Part shown: positions 33,313 to 43,894 of the stretch, in pieces
Numbering within the stretch: position 1 is the first letter of the stretch
Layout: every line of letters begins with the position of its first letter
NCBI GenBank assembly: GCA_965205605.1
Contig: CBDBHE010000001.1
Span: 1 to 64,000, forward strand
DNA length: 64,000 nt
Direction of reading: 5' to 3'
From: Spirochaetota bacterium
GTDB lineage: Bacteria; Spirochaetota; UBA12135; COTS27; CBDBHE01
Notes under the pieces: model-generated
Seen by the model: only the letters and a program-made list of their open reading frames with translations
Databases searched by the model: none
What the model was told of the DNA's origin: nothing
Position numbers and translations under genes: made by a program

Positions 33313-33711
33313 ATGATAGATAAAAAATTAATAGAAGAAATTAAAACTTCCATTTTAAACTTAAAAAAAGAAAAAAAATTTTTTGAACAACAATTAAAAG
33401 AAAGAAAAGAAGAAAAACATTCCAAATTAGAAGAACTTGAAAAACAATGCCAGCAACATAAAGAAGAAAATAAAAAACTAAAAAATGAAATTATAACGAT
33501 TAAAAATCTTTTAAAATCAGAACAAGACACAATATTAAACAAAGCCTCTCCTATTATTGAAAAAAAAACAAATCAAAAAGAAGAAACCTTACAAGTAAAT
33601 AACACAAATAATCAAGAAAAAATAAAAGAAAAAATCGCAGCAGAAGACCCTTTTTCAGATGAAGAAGGAATGGAAGATGATAATGATTTTTTTAAAAATT
33701 TTAAAGAATAA
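33313..33711 (+). CDS. coiled-coil protein, ZapB-like position
   Basis: coiled coil with acidic tail between pheT and zapA. Confidence 0.55.
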   Translation: MIDKKLIEEIKTSILNLKKEKKFFEQQLKERKEEKHSKLEELEKQCQQHKEENKKLKNEIITIKNLLKSEQDTILNKASPIIEKKTNQKEETLQVNNTNNQEKIKEKIAAEDPFSDEEGMEDDNDFFKNFKE

Positions 33712-33731
33712 ATAAAATTTTATTGGTATGA

Positions 33732-34010
33732 ATGAGCGAAGATGTTATTAAAGTTTTAATCGCTAACATAGAATATAAAATTAAACTTGGAGAACAAGAT
33801 CCAAATTATATTAAGCAATTAGCGACATATGTTGATCTTAAAATTTTAGAATTACAAAAGTTATACCCTTCTCTTAGTTTTCAAAAACTTCTTATTTTAG
33901 CTTGTTTAAACATCACAGAAGATTTTTTTGAAGCTAAAAATCAAAAAAACAATAAAAATTATTTTCAAAAACAATTTCTTGAAATTAAAGAAATCTTAGA
34001 TTTAGAATAA
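33732..34010 (+). CDS. zapA: cell division protein ZapA
   Basis: YIKQLATYVD...LLILACLNITED pattern; pheT-linked synteny. Confidence 0.85.
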   Translation: MSEDVIKVLIANIEYKIKLGEQDPNYIKQLATYVDLKILELQKLYPSLSFQKLLILACLNITEDFFEAKNQKNNKNYFQKQFLEIKEILDLE

Positions 34011-34013
34011 ATT

Positions 34014-34781
34014 TTATTTCATTTTAAAAACAACTTCATAAATATAAGGCCATTTTTTTCCTGTAATATAAAAAGAATTTTTTGTTAAATTATAAGCAAT
34101 CCCATTTAAAACATTTTCTCGATGATTTTTAAAACCAGATTTCAAAACCAAAGAAGAACAATCTATTTTCGCAATTAATTTTTTTCTTTTCACATCAATT
34201 TTAGCAATCCAAGACTCTTGCCAAATATTAGCATAAATAAAACCACCTACATATTCTAATTCATTAATTCTCTGTAGCACTTGATGATTATAAAAAATAG
34301 CAATTCTTCTGGAAATCTTAAAATTTTTTAAATCTCTAAAAAACAAATAATGACTCCCATCACTCATAATCCATTCATTAGCTCCAAGCGTTAATCCCCA
34401 ACCTTCTTTATTATAAGAGATTGTTTTTAAAAAAGAAAAATCACTTAACCGGTAAACAAAACCTTTTTTAGACTTCCAAGTTAATTGAACAATTTTTTCA
34501 TCTAAAATAGCCAACCCTTCACAAAAGTATTGATCATTAACATAACCAATTTTTAAAACTTTACCATTACTTGGATCAATTTTTTTAAGACTAGATTCCC
34601 CATAAAGTCCTGTGCTTTCATAAAGAAACCCTTTATCAAAAACAAGACCTTGTGTAAAATTAGGAGAATAATGAGGTATTTTTTTAATAACAATCGCTTG
34701 ATACTCTTTTAAACCAAAAAGAAATGAAATTTTTAATAATAATAAAAAAGAAAAAACACACTTATTAAATATAATTTTCAT
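34014..34781 (-). CDS. glutaminyl-peptide cyclotransferase (plant/bacterial beta-propeller type)
   Basis: signal peptide, FTQGL, ESTGLYG, FCEGL, QLTW, EGWGL, SDGS, NELE, VLNGIAY, TGKKW. Confidence 0.93.
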   Translation of the reverse strand: MKIIFNKCVFSFLLLLKISFLFGLKEYQAIVIKKIPHYSPNFTQGLVFDKGFLYESTGLYGESSLKKIDPSNGKVLKIGYVNDQYFCEGLAILDEKIVQLTWKSKKGFVYRLSDFSFLKTISYNKEGWGLTLGANEWIMSDGSHYLFFRDLKNFKISRRIAIFYNHQVLQRINELEYVGGFIYANIWQESWIAKIDVKRKKLIAKIDCSSLVLKSGFKNHRENVLNGIAYNLTKNSFYITGKKWPYIYEVVFKMK

Positions 34782-34860
34782 TTTTTAGGTTAAAAAAAAT
34801 GATCTCAAAAAGAAATAAAAATTAGAGAAGGCGGTTAAAAATATTAACTTGAAGAAAAAA

Positions 34861-36045
34861 TTATTTATTTCTATATAAATCGCGAATTTTATTTAAATCT
34901 ACAATATGATATATATTATTAATTTTCATTACCAATGTATTGCCATTACCTGATAAAAACGGATCTTTGATATCAACACTTTTTTCCATAAAAAAGTAGC
35001 GTTTCTTCTCATTTAAATCAATAACAACCACTCTAAAATCTGACCACTTTGGATTCGAAGCATATGAAATCACCTTTCCATCTAAAGAGATGTTAGCTCC
35101 TTTATCATTGGATTTGACGTCTTTTGTTAAATTACAAAAAAATTTTTCCTTAGGTTTATATAAAAATATATCATATGTTTTTTCTTTATTTCGATTTGAT
35201 TCAAAAACAATATTACTTCCATCAGCATTAATTTGAGGGTTTTTATCTTCCCTTTGATTATCTGAAACATTATAAATGATTTTATTTCTTAAATCAGAAT
35301 AAAAAATTTCTGAATCAGCTTTTCCAAAAATTTCTTTTGATTCAAAAACAATGTGATTTCCATCAGATGAAATCTCTGGATTAGATGAATGGTTCCAATA
35401 ATAAGAAGGAGAAATTTCTTTACCTGTACTAAAATCTCTAATATAAACCATAATACGCCCTTCATCTTTGTCAGAAACATAAGCAATTTTATTAGCATTT
35501 CGATCAATACTAGGGTCTAGATTTTCACTTAAATTATCAATTGCCTGATTAATGTAAGTAGTTGTACTTTGATTTTTTAAAATCACATCTGTGTTAACAA
35601 GAAAAATCTCTTTGTTGGTTGCTCGATCTGATACAAACAATATTTTACTACCATCTTCTGTCATTACAGGGTAGCTGTCATTACCATAATAAGAAAATTC
35701 TTGCATCACACTTTCTTTTTGATTAACAAAAAACACTCTTCTTAACCCTTTATTTTCAAAAGCAACTGCATATTTATTCCCTTCATCATTCATATCAAAA
35801 CCAAAAAAAGGTCTATCGGCTGTAATGAAAGTTTGAGCATAATTTGTATAAATTTTTTCATCAATATAGACATCTTGAATATCTTTTTTAAGATCTTCAA
35901 GATAAAACACCTTAGGATAAACTCGTCTTTGAGGCCAAGGGGGGTGAAAAGGAACAGGTGGATCTTCTACATCCGAAAAAACAAACACAAACGATAAAAT
36001 TAAAGTTAAAAGTAATAATTTTAAATATTTCATATTATTGATCAA
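34861..36045 (-). CDS. exported TolB-like beta-propeller (PD40 repeat) protein
   Basis: signal peptide and repeated P-x-IS-x-DG-xx-I-x-F-x-S units. Confidence 0.8.
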   Translation of the reverse strand: MINNMKYLKLLLLTLILSFVFVFSDVEDPPVPFHPPWPQRRVYPKVFYLEDLKKDIQDVYIDEKIYTNYAQTFITADRPFFGFDMNDEGNKYAVAFENKGLRRVFFVNQKESVMQEFSYYGNDSYPVMTEDGSKILFVSDRATNKEIFLVNTDVILKNQSTTTYINQAIDNLSENLDPSIDRNANKIAYVSDKDEGRIMVYIRDFSTGKEISPSYYWNHSSNPEISSDGNHIVFESKEIFGKADSEIFYSDLRNKIIYNVSDNQREDKNPQINADGSNIVFESNRNKEKTYDIFLYKPKEKFFCNLTKDVKSNDKGANISLDGKVISYASNPKWSDFRVVVIDLNEKKRYFFMEKSVDIKDPFLSGNGNTLVMKINNIYHIVDLNKIRDLYRNK

Positions 36046-36161
36046 AGGTATTTAATAATCGACACTTGAAAACATAAACTTGTATTATTTATTAAATTTA
36101 TTTTTTTTTATTAGATTAAAAATAAATTTAATAAAAGATAATGGTAATATAAAATATTATT

Positions 36162-37202
36162 ATGCAAAAAAGGTTTTTTTGCCTATTTTTTTTTTTAGGG
36201 ATTACCTATCAAAAGCCTTATTGTCAAGAAATTCAACCCCCTTTTTTTAAAACAGTTCATCTTAGTAATGAATTCTCTATTAATATTTTTTCTGATAACC
36301 CTAGTGAAATTTATTACATCTCTAAAATAGATCCTCTTTTTATAAAAATGATTTCAAAAAGCGAAACAAACGAAACCATTTCTTTTACTTTTATAGCTAA
36401 TAAAGCTGGCTTAACAGACTTGCACATTAACAAAATTTCTGAGAATATTGAAACTAAATATATACAATATAAAATAGAAATTATTAATGTAGAAAAAAAA
36501 AAAAAAGAAAACTTGGTTCAACATAGAAAAAGAAAAGAAAAGAAAAGAAGTAGTGATAGAAAAGACTATATCTTTATTATTGAAAATTACCTTCGAGATG
36601 GCTTTTATGAATTAGCCCATCAAGCCTATAATGAAGCAGTAAAAAAAAAGGGTTATGAAAATGAAAACCTCTTTAATATTATAAAAATAATTAATCCTCA
36701 TTGGCTTACAGAAAAAAAAAATGAAAAAGCAACTAAAGAAATTAAAATGTTTATAAAAAAAACAAATCCTCAAAAAAAAGAGCTCATTTTTTTAAATTAT
36801 CAATTAGCTCTTCATCAAAAAGAGCTCAAAAATTATGATGAAGCTCTCTCTTATTTATATCAAATTAAGAGTACTCATAAAGATTCAGACGAATACCCAA
36901 AAAGCCTTTTTTTAATTGGAGAAATTGCTTTTTTAAAAAAGCAATATTCTAGTGCTTTAAAAAATTATTATGCTTTCTATAAGCATCACAAAAACAATAA
37001 AGAAAAACATGTTCTTAAAAATTATGATATTTGTCTTTATAAAATAGGGAAAATTTATGAAATGGATACAAAGCTTTTAGATATTAAAAAATCTCATTAT
37101 TACTATTCTCTTTTAATTGAAGAGTGCCCTTTTAGTTATTATTTTCAAAAAGCAAAAGATCGAGTTAATCATTTGGAAAAAAATTTCATTAAAGTAGAAT
37201 GA
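36162..37202 (+). CDS. exported tetratricopeptide repeat protein
   Basis: signal-like N-terminus; helical repeats YQLA...ALSYL, FLIGEI...ALKNY, YKIGKIYE. Confidence 0.72.
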   Translation: MQKRFFCLFFFLGITYQKPYCQEIQPPFFKTVHLSNEFSINIFSDNPSEIYYISKIDPLFIKMISKSETNETISFTFIANKAGLTDLHINKISENIETKYIQYKIEIINVEKKKKENLVQHRKRKEKKRSSDRKDYIFIIENYLRDGFYELAHQAYNEAVKKKGYENENLFNIIKIINPHWLTEKKNEKATKEIKMFIKKTNPQKKELIFLNYQLALHQKELKNYDEALSYLYQIKSTHKDSDEYPKSLFLIGEIAFLKKQYSSALKNYYAFYKHHKNNKEKHVLKNYDICLYKIGKIYEMDTKLLDIKKSHYYYSLLIEECPFSYYFQKAKDRVNHLEKNFIKVE

Positions 37203-37960
37203 AACTAATTTTATTTTTTGTTTTTCTGTTTTTATTTTGTTTAAATTTTCTTTTTTCTCAAAAAATCCATTCTGTTGAAAGCGGTTTTAAAGAATACATT
37301 CCAAAAGCAAATAATCAAATATTAAAAAATATTACTCAAAACAATATTTATGTCATTAATCAAAGCACTCTTTGGAGACAAGATAGTGAACCTTTCCCTT
37401 TTCTTTTTCCAGGAATACTAATTGAATATTTAGTTCATCAAGATAAAATCAGTTACGGGATTGGCTATGATTATTTTGCAGATTTTCATAATTTCTCTTT
37501 TAAAGATACCAATCAAAATGAAATCAACCTTAGTAGTAACCTTGTTAATCAATCTATTTATTTAAAAGGGCTCCTTCATTTAAAAGATCAGTATCGTTTT
37601 TCTCCTTTTTTAGGAATTAAAGGAGGTTTAAGCTATAATACAGGTGGGTTTTCTCAATTAATTTCAAGCTCTAATAATACCACATCTCTAAACACCAATA
37701 TTCCCTTTACCCTTTTTTCCCCAGGAGCTTTTATATCTTTTTTAGCAGGGGTTAAAATTTATTTCTGGCCTAAATTATTTGGTTTTAGAATGAATATTGA
37801 ATACATTCTTTCAACACCTTCTTTTTCTTTTTATAAAAATAATATTATTGATACAACAGGAACAATCGTTTCTGAAGATCGTTCCAGGCAATACCAAATT
37901 GATGCTTCGGGTTTAATGATAAACTTTATTTTTTTCGCTCATTTAAAGCCTTTATTTTAA
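37199..37960 (+). CDS. putative outer-membrane beta-barrel protein
   Basis: signal peptide and alternating aromatic/Gly strands (FSPFLGIKGGLSY, FLAGVKIYF). Confidence 0.62.
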   Translation: MKLILFFVFLFLFCLNFLFSQKIHSVESGFKEYIPKANNQILKNITQNNIYVINQSTLWRQDSEPFPFLFPGILIEYLVHQDKISYGIGYDYFADFHNFSFKDTNQNEINLSSNLVNQSIYLKGLLHLKDQYRFSPFLGIKGGLSYNTGGFSQLISSSNNTTSLNTNIPFTLFSPGAFISFLAGVKIYFWPKLFGFRMNIEYILSTPSFSFYKNNIIDTTGTIVSEDRSRQYQIDASGLMINFIFFAHLKPLF

Positions 37961-38722
37961 ATAATTCAAAACAATCTTTAAAAAATCTTGCTGTTTTTGA
38001 TAATGAATCCAATGCCCTGCGCCATCAACTTCAATTAATTTAGAGTTAGGGAATTTTTTTAAAATCAATTGTTTGTCTTCACTTGTAATATAATGAGAAT
38101 CACTTCCTTGAATAAAAAGACTTTTTATATTAATTGCATTCTCTGCTAAATTAGGAAAATCCAAAATAGGATTAATTGACTTTAAAAATAAATTAAGATT
38201 ACATTTCCAAAAATATTTTTTTTTAGTTCTTCCTAAACCTAAATTCTTAAGTAAAAAAGAACGTAATATTGGATTTGGTATTTTTTTAGAAAGTAACTTA
38301 TCAGCTTCTTCTCTATTTTTCAGTTTCGTTATTTCTAAAGAATCAAGACTGACTAAAAGGTCTTGATATTCATTCTCATATTTTCTTGGGGCAATATCTT
38401 CAACAATGATAGTATCCACTTTGTTAGGGAATAAAGTAGCAAACACCATTGCCACTTTTCCTCCCATCGAATGCCCTAAAAGAATTGGTTTTTCAATTTT
38501 ATTTAAATCACAAAACTCTAAAACATCATCCGTCATTGTTTTATAATCCATCTTAGTGTCATGAGGAGAAGCTCCATGATTTCTAAGATCCACCAAAAAA
38601 ACCTTATAATATTTTGAAAGCTTAAGTCCAATGGTTTTCATATTACTTCTAGAAGCTAGAAAACCATGTAAAAGAACAATATTTTTACTACCTAAACCTA
38701 TTTCTTCAAAAGAAAGTTTCAT
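37952..38722 (-). CDS. alpha/beta hydrolase, YbfF/ABHD11-like esterase
   Basis: LHGF, DLRNHG, GHSMGG nucleophile elbow, DIAP, AGHWIH. Confidence 0.9.
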   Translation of the reverse strand: MKLSFEEIGLGSKNIVLLHGFLASRSNMKTIGLKLSKYYKVFLVDLRNHGASPHDTKMDYKTMTDDVLEFCDLNKIEKPILLGHSMGGKVAMVFATLFPNKVDTIIVEDIAPRKYENEYQDLLVSLDSLEITKLKNREEADKLLSKKIPNPILRSFLLKNLGLGRTKKKYFWKCNLNLFLKSINPILDFPNLAENAINIKSLFIQGSDSHYITSEDKQLILKKFPNSKLIEVDGAGHWIHYQKQQDFLKIVLNYLK

Positions 38723-38930
38723 AAAGTTATATTAATTTAAAATTGATTTTAATTAACATCAAGCTAAAATCATATCATTTAGAAAAAATTATAGTCTATA
38801 AACTAATGAATCTTATTTTTAAAAAATAATTTTTATTTTTTAAAGACTTAGATCACATTTTTTAAGATGCTTAAAATAAATGATATAATAAAATTTCTTT
38901 TATCTTTTACTATACAAGGTTTATAATTCA

Positions 38931-40208
38931 TTGATTACCATAAAAAAGGGCTCTATTTCTCTCACAAACCCAATTGACATCCCTGGAAGTAAATACCTTG
39001 CTAATCGACTTTTAGTTGCTGCATCCATCGCGAATGGGACTTCTTTTCTAAAAAATGTCCCTGAAAATGAAGATATTGAAACCGCTATCGAAGGGCTCAA
39101 ACAATTTGGTGTCCAAATAAAAAACAACAATCATATTCTCGAAATCAAAGGCATTAACACAAAACCTCTTATTCCTAAAAAAGCCATCTATACAAAAGGA
39201 AATGGGACTTTTTCTAGATTTGTTGTGACGCTAGCTTGTTTATGTAAAGACAAAGTGGTCATTAAAGGCAATGAAAAAATGTCTACTAGACCGATGCAAT
39301 CTATTTTTGAAGCAATTCGTTTACTTGGCGGAAAAGTGGAAAGTACGGGTAATTGTTTACCTGCCACTGTTTTAGGCCCATTATTAGGTGGTAACTGTTT
39401 CATTAATGGCAGTATTAGTAGTCAGTATATTTCTTCTTTAATTTTATCGGGTGGTTTTGCTAAAAAACCAATTACCATTACATTACAAAATAAAGTAATC
39501 TCTAAAAAATATATCGACATGACCATTCAAATCACTAAAATGTTTGGTGGAAAGATTAGAAATGAATCTTATCAAAAAATCACGATTAAACCTATTGAAA
39601 AATACCAAGCTCAACAGTTAACTCTTGAACCAGATCCCGTTTCAGCTTCTTATTTTCTTGCCCTTGGAGCCATTCTAGGAAAAAAAGTCACTATTAGAGG
39701 TTACAATATTCACTCTTACCAAGGAGAAGCTAAGTTTCCAACGCTATTAGAAAAAATGGGTTGTCAGTGGAATCTTTCAAAAGAAGATCTATTTGTAAAC
39801 AGAGACCCACGCATCCCTTTAAAAGGCATTGAAGTCGACATGGGTGATATGCCTGATGTAGTTCAAACATTGATGGTTTGTGCTGTATTTGCAAAAGGAA
39901 AAACATTGATTAAAAACATTGGTCATTTGAAATACAAAGAATCCAATCGAATTGAAGAAACAGCTGAGGAATTTTTGAAACTAGGGATTAAAGTTAAATA
40001 TAATGCTGATTCAATGCTAATTGAAGGTGGCTTCTTTTATTCTGGGGTTATTAATCCAAGAAACGATCACCGCACCGCCATGAGTTTATCGTTATTAGCT
40101 TTAGGATGTGATAATATCAAAATAGAAAATGAAACTTGTATTAATAAATCTTTTCCAAATTACTGGAAAAAATTATCAAGTTTAGGGTTTATTATTGATG
40201 AAAACTAA
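38931..40208 (+). CDS. aroA: 3-phosphoshikimate 1-carboxyvinyltransferase (EPSP synthase)
   Basis: PGSKY..NR, RPM, SSQY, KESNR, DHR.AM, KSFP. Confidence 0.93.
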   Translation: MITIKKGSISLTNPIDIPGSKYLANRLLVAASIANGTSFLKNVPENEDIETAIEGLKQFGVQIKNNNHILEIKGINTKPLIPKKAIYTKGNGTFSRFVVTLACLCKDKVVIKGNEKMSTRPMQSIFEAIRLLGGKVESTGNCLPATVLGPLLGGNCFINGSISSQYISSLILSGGFAKKPITITLQNKVISKKYIDMTIQITKMFGGKIRNESYQKITIKPIEKYQAQQLTLEPDPVSASYFLALGAILGKKVTIRGYNIHSYQGEAKFPTLLEKMGCQWNLSKEDLFVNRDPRIPLKGIEVDMGDMPDVVQTLMVCAVFAKGKTLIKNIGHLKYKESNRIEETAEEFLKLGIKVKYNADSMLIEGGFFYSGVINPRNDHRTAMSLSLLALGCDNIKIENETCINKSFPNYWKKLSSLGFIIDEN

Positions 40209-40740
40209 TCTTGTTTTAATTGGGTTTAGAGGAGTTGGCAAAAGTACAATTGGCAAAAAAATTGCTCCAAAGCTAAACTTAAAATTTGTAAGTATTGATA
40301 AAATGATCACTCAAAAAATAAAAATGCCCATTGATCAATTTATTAACAAAAAATCTTGGAACGACTTTAGAAACATCGAATCAAACCTTTGTTTAACACT
40401 TGAAAATAAAAATCATACCCTCATTGACTGCGGGGGAGGAATTGTAGAAAGAGGCAACAATATGACTTCTCTTAAAACAAAAGGATTAATTTTTTACTTA
40501 TACGCTTCTTTAAAAACCATTTTAAAAAGAATTGAAAAAACCTCTTCAAGACCTCACCTTTTGAATCCAACCATCACCTTCAAAAAAGAATGTAAAATTA
40601 TTTATCAAAAAAGACATCCTCTATATCAAAAATATAGTGACATGAAAATTAATATTGATGATGAAAACATTTTAACTTGCTGTGAAAAAGTAATACAATA
40701 CTATAATAATCATTTAGGGACTAACGATGCCAGGAGATAG
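40195..40740 (+). CDS. aroK: shikimate kinase
   Basis: [10 protein letters not shown]-loop, FR..E, CGGG, RP.L, R...Y. Confidence 0.92.
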   Translation: MMKTNLVLIGFRGVGKSTIGKKIAPKLNLKFVSIDKMITQKIKMPIDQFINKKSWNDFRNIESNLCLTLENKNHTLIDCGGGIVERGNNMTSLKTKGLIFYLYASLKTILKRIEKTSSRPHLLNPTITFKKECKIIYQKRHPLYQKYSDMKINIDDENILTCCEKVIQYYNNHLGTNDARR

Positions 40741-41815
40741 TTATGGTTTAGTATTTCGAGTCCATAACTGGGGTGAATCTCATGGAAAAGCCATTGGAAT
40801 TATGGTCGAGGGGTGTCCTTCTAGGATTCCTCTTCAAGAAAATGATATTCAAAAAGATTTAAATAGAAGAAGACCTGGACAAAGCTCTATTACAACAGCA
40901 AGAAATGAAAAAGATATCGTTGAAATTTTATCGGGAACCGTTGATGGAAAAACAACCGGTAGCCCTATTATGCTTTTAATTGCTAATGAAGATCAACGAT
41001 CAAAAGATTACAATCGTTTAAAAAAACTTTTTCGACCCAGTCATGCTGATTTTACTTATGAGAAAAAATATGGCATTAGAAACGTTTCTGGGGGAGGAAG
41101 AAGTTCTGCTAGGGTGCTAGCAGGGAATGTAGCTGCTGGAGCAATTGCTAAAAAAATTTTAAAAGAAAATACCAAAATAGAAATTACAGCTTATGTTAAA
41201 TCTATTAAAAATCTTGTTTGTCAACTTCCCATAGAAAAGATCAAACCTAAAGACATTGAAAAAAATATTGTTAGATGTCCCGAGCAAAAAATCGCTCAAC
41301 AAATGATTAAACTAATTGAAAAAACAAAACAAGAAGGAGATTCTCTTGGAGGGACTATCGAGTGTTTTGTTAAAAATTGCCCTATCGGATTAGGAGAACC
41401 AATATACGATAAATTAGAAGCAGATTTAGCCAAAGCTTGTCTTTCTATTAATGCTTGTAAAGGCTTTCAAATTGGTTCTGGATTTTCTGGAACAACTCTT
41501 TTAGGGAGTGAGCATAATGATTTATTTGTTATTTCTAATAAAAAAATTAAAACAAAAACTAACTATTCAGGTGGCATTCAAGGAGGAATTTCCAATGGAA
41601 TGAACATTGTTTTTAAAACAGCTTTTAAGCCTACCGCAACAATTTTAAAAAAGCAAAAAACCATTACAAAAGATCATAAATTAATTTCTTATCAAGCCGA
41701 AGGGAGGCACGATCCTTGTGTTTTACCAAGGGCAGTCCCTATTATTGAAGCAATGACAGCAATCGTTTTGTGCGATCATTACTTGCGATATCTTTCTTAC
41801 TATAAAAAATTTTAG
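40727..41815 (+). CDS. aroC: chorismate synthase
   Basis: [36 protein letters not shown]. Confidence 0.97.
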   Translation: MPGDSYGLVFRVHNWGESHGKAIGIMVEGCPSRIPLQENDIQKDLNRRRPGQSSITTARNEKDIVEILSGTVDGKTTGSPIMLLIANEDQRSKDYNRLKKLFRPSHADFTYEKKYGIRNVSGGGRSSARVLAGNVAAGAIAKKILKENTKIEITAYVKSIKNLVCQLPIEKIKPKDIEKNIVRCPEQKIAQQMIKLIEKTKQEGDSLGGTIECFVKNCPIGLGEPIYDKLEADLAKACLSINACKGFQIGSGFSGTTLLGSEHNDLFVISNKKIKTKTNYSGGIQGGISNGMNIVFKTAFKPTATILKKQKTITKDHKLISYQAEGRHDPCVLPRAVPIIEAMTAIVLCDHYLRYLSYYKKF

Positions 41816-41846
41816 AAACACCCTTCACTTTATTAATCTCAAAAAT

Positions 41847-41875
41847 TTGACAAATTATTTACAATAAGATATAGT
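41847..41875 (+). promoter_or_regulatory. sigma70 promoter of rpmE2
   Basis: TTGACA-17 nt-TATAGT, 8 nt before the ATG. Confidence 0.7.
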
Positions 41876-41883
41876 AGTACTTC

Positions 41884-42126
41884 ATGAAAAAAGAAGGTCA
41901 CCCAACTTATCAAAAAGTGCTTTTTGAAGACACTTCGTGTGGAGATTTTTTTTTAATTGATTCTACTTTAACCTCAGGAAAAACCCTTAAATGGGAAGAT
42001 GGTAACACATACCCTCATATAAAAATAGAAGTCAGTTCAAAGTCTCATCCTTTTTATACAGGCTCTGATCGAATTGTAGATACAGAGGGACGCGTAGAAA
42101 AATTTAAAAAGAAATTCAAATTATAA
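41884..42126 (+). CDS. rpmE2: 50S ribosomal protein L31 type B
   Basis: [23 protein letters not shown]; lacks the four zinc-binding Cys. Confidence 0.95.
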   Translation: MKKEGHPTYQKVLFEDTSCGDFFLIDSTLTSGKTLKWEDGNTYPHIKIEVSSKSHPFYTGSDRIVDTEGRVEKFKKKFKL

Positions 42127-42201
42127 ATAAAAGCAAACCTAAATCTGACTCAATTGCTTTTAAACAAAGCAGCCATTAATCTAAATTAATTTAACTTATA
42201 T

Positions 42202-43863
42202 TTATTTAATTTTAAAAATATACAGACTTTCACCATTATTAAAGTAAGAGCCATGAAAAGAAAGAATTTTTTCCTTAATTAAATTTGTATTCTGATCTTT
42301 AGAATCAATTAAGAGTTGTTTTAAATGATTTTTAATATCTTCTTGTTTTAAATCATTTGTATAAATAATAATAATGTCATCCCTTTTACAAAAAACATTA
42401 TTACCACCTGAGAAGTGCTTTTTAGTATCCCCTATTAAAGTATTATTCGAAGCAACAACATCTACTTTATTCAATGAAACTTTAAAGTGTAAACAACAAT
42501 AATTTTTAGTAACAAGATACGAAAAAGCATTTTTTCTTTCTTTTTGAAAAATAAACATTGAGATTTTAATGTTCTCTTTATTGATGCCTTTTGAAAAAAA
42601 ATTTTCTAATTTTTTTTTAGAAGACTTATACAAATTAGAAGGAGAGTTATACTTATCTAATAATTCAATTAAAAAAGAATCTATACTATCTTGATATTCT
42701 AAAACTAAGTCAGATTCTGCAAAAAGATGACCTCCTAGTAAAGTATATGTTTTAGGAGAATGCTCTTTAAAATGGATTAAAGGGTATTGGTGATTAGAAG
42801 AAAAAGTTCTTTCTGAAAAAGAAAAATCTTCTTGCTGAGAAAACCAAGATTTATTTTTATTAGTAAAAATCTCAAAATGATTAAAATCTTGTTTTTTTGA
42901 TTTTAAAAAATTCATCCCTTCTACAAGAACATTGGCAAAAGAAGATAGATAAGAAAAATCATTTTCTTTAAAAGGCCCTCCACTCGAACGTTCACTAACA
43001 CTTAAAAAACCAATAATTTTGTTTTTTTCTAAAAGAGGGACGCAAATAAATGATTTTTGACGGTACCTAAGATTTTTATTTCTCCCTCCAAATCGAGCAT
43101 CTTTTTTAATATCCTCACTAAAAACACCTTTTTTATTTTTATACACATACTCTAAAACATTATTTTTAACCGTAACTTCCCCTTTACTTAAAACTTTACT
43201 AGGTATCGAATGTCCTGCTACAAAAACAAATTGATTTTTTTCCTTAAGAATAATAGAAATACGACTAGATTCCAGGTTTTCATCAATTAAATTAAAAGCT
43301 TCTTTAAAAAATTCTTCCAAATTAGAGACTCTAAATAAAGATTGATTGAGTGCTGTAATCGTATTATTTTCTTTTATTTCAGCTTTAGAGCGATTAATAA
43401 ACTTATATCTCCTGAGAGGAAATATAATAAGTTTAGAAAAAAAATCAAAATGACTTAATTTATTTTTTTCATTAACATTAAAAGCAACTAATAAACCATA
43501 AACTTGACTATAATCAAAAACAACTTTTGCATATAAATTTTTAATAGGTGCTTTTTTTTTAGCAAAACAGTTTTCTAATTTTTCCAGTTTTTTTTGTTCA
43601 TTAAACAAACCATCTTTTTTTTCTGAAACAATTTTCAAAAGCAATTTTGATTTATCTTGAAACGATTCAAAATCACTAATATTAATATTAAGTGGTTTAT
43701 AAAGATTCCCTTTCTCAAAATCATAAAAATAAAAACCAATATTAGTAGCTTCAATAAATTTTTGAGCTTCTTTTTCAATATTATTTGAAACTCGATAATC
43801 ACCAGCTAAATCATCTATTCTTACAGCAGCTGAAATTAAAGAATCTAAATCATTTCCATTCAT
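42202..43863 (-). CDS. GAF-domain protein with degenerate SpoIIE/PP2C-like C-terminus
   Basis: DARF...KSFICVPL...IGFLSV...PFKENDF GAF motif; C-terminal DDIIIIYTNDL. Confidence 0.72.
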   Translation of the reverse strand: MNGNDLDSLISAAVRIDDLAGDYRVSNNIEKEAQKFIEATNIGFYFYDFEKGNLYKPLNINISDFESFQDKSKLLLKIVSEKKDGLFNEQKKLEKLENCFAKKKAPIKNLYAKVVFDYSQVYGLLVAFNVNEKNKLSHFDFFSKLIIFPLRRYKFINRSKAEIKENNTITALNQSLFRVSNLEEFFKEAFNLIDENLESSRISIILKEKNQFVFVAGHSIPSKVLSKGEVTVKNNVLEYVYKNKKGVFSEDIKKDARFGGRNKNLRYRQKSFICVPLLEKNKIIGFLSVSERSSGGPFKENDFSYLSSFANVLVEGMNFLKSKKQDFNHFEIFTNKNKSWFSQQEDFSFSERTFSSNHQYPLIHFKEHSPKTYTLLGGHLFAESDLVLEYQDSIDSFLIELLDKYNSPSNLYKSSKKKLENFFSKGINKENIKISMFIFQKERKNAFSYLVTKNYCCLHFKVSLNKVDVVASNNTLIGDTKKHFSGGNNVFCKRDDIIIIYTNDLKQEDIKNHLKQLLIDSKDQNTNLIKEKILSFHGSYFNNGESLYIFKIK

Positions 43864-43894
43864 AGACTAACATACACTTGTTTAAATAAAAAAA

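Noticed and set aside
34005-34020. 6S RNA, often found downstream of zapA
   Set aside because: Only 3 bp separate zapA from the convergent gene.
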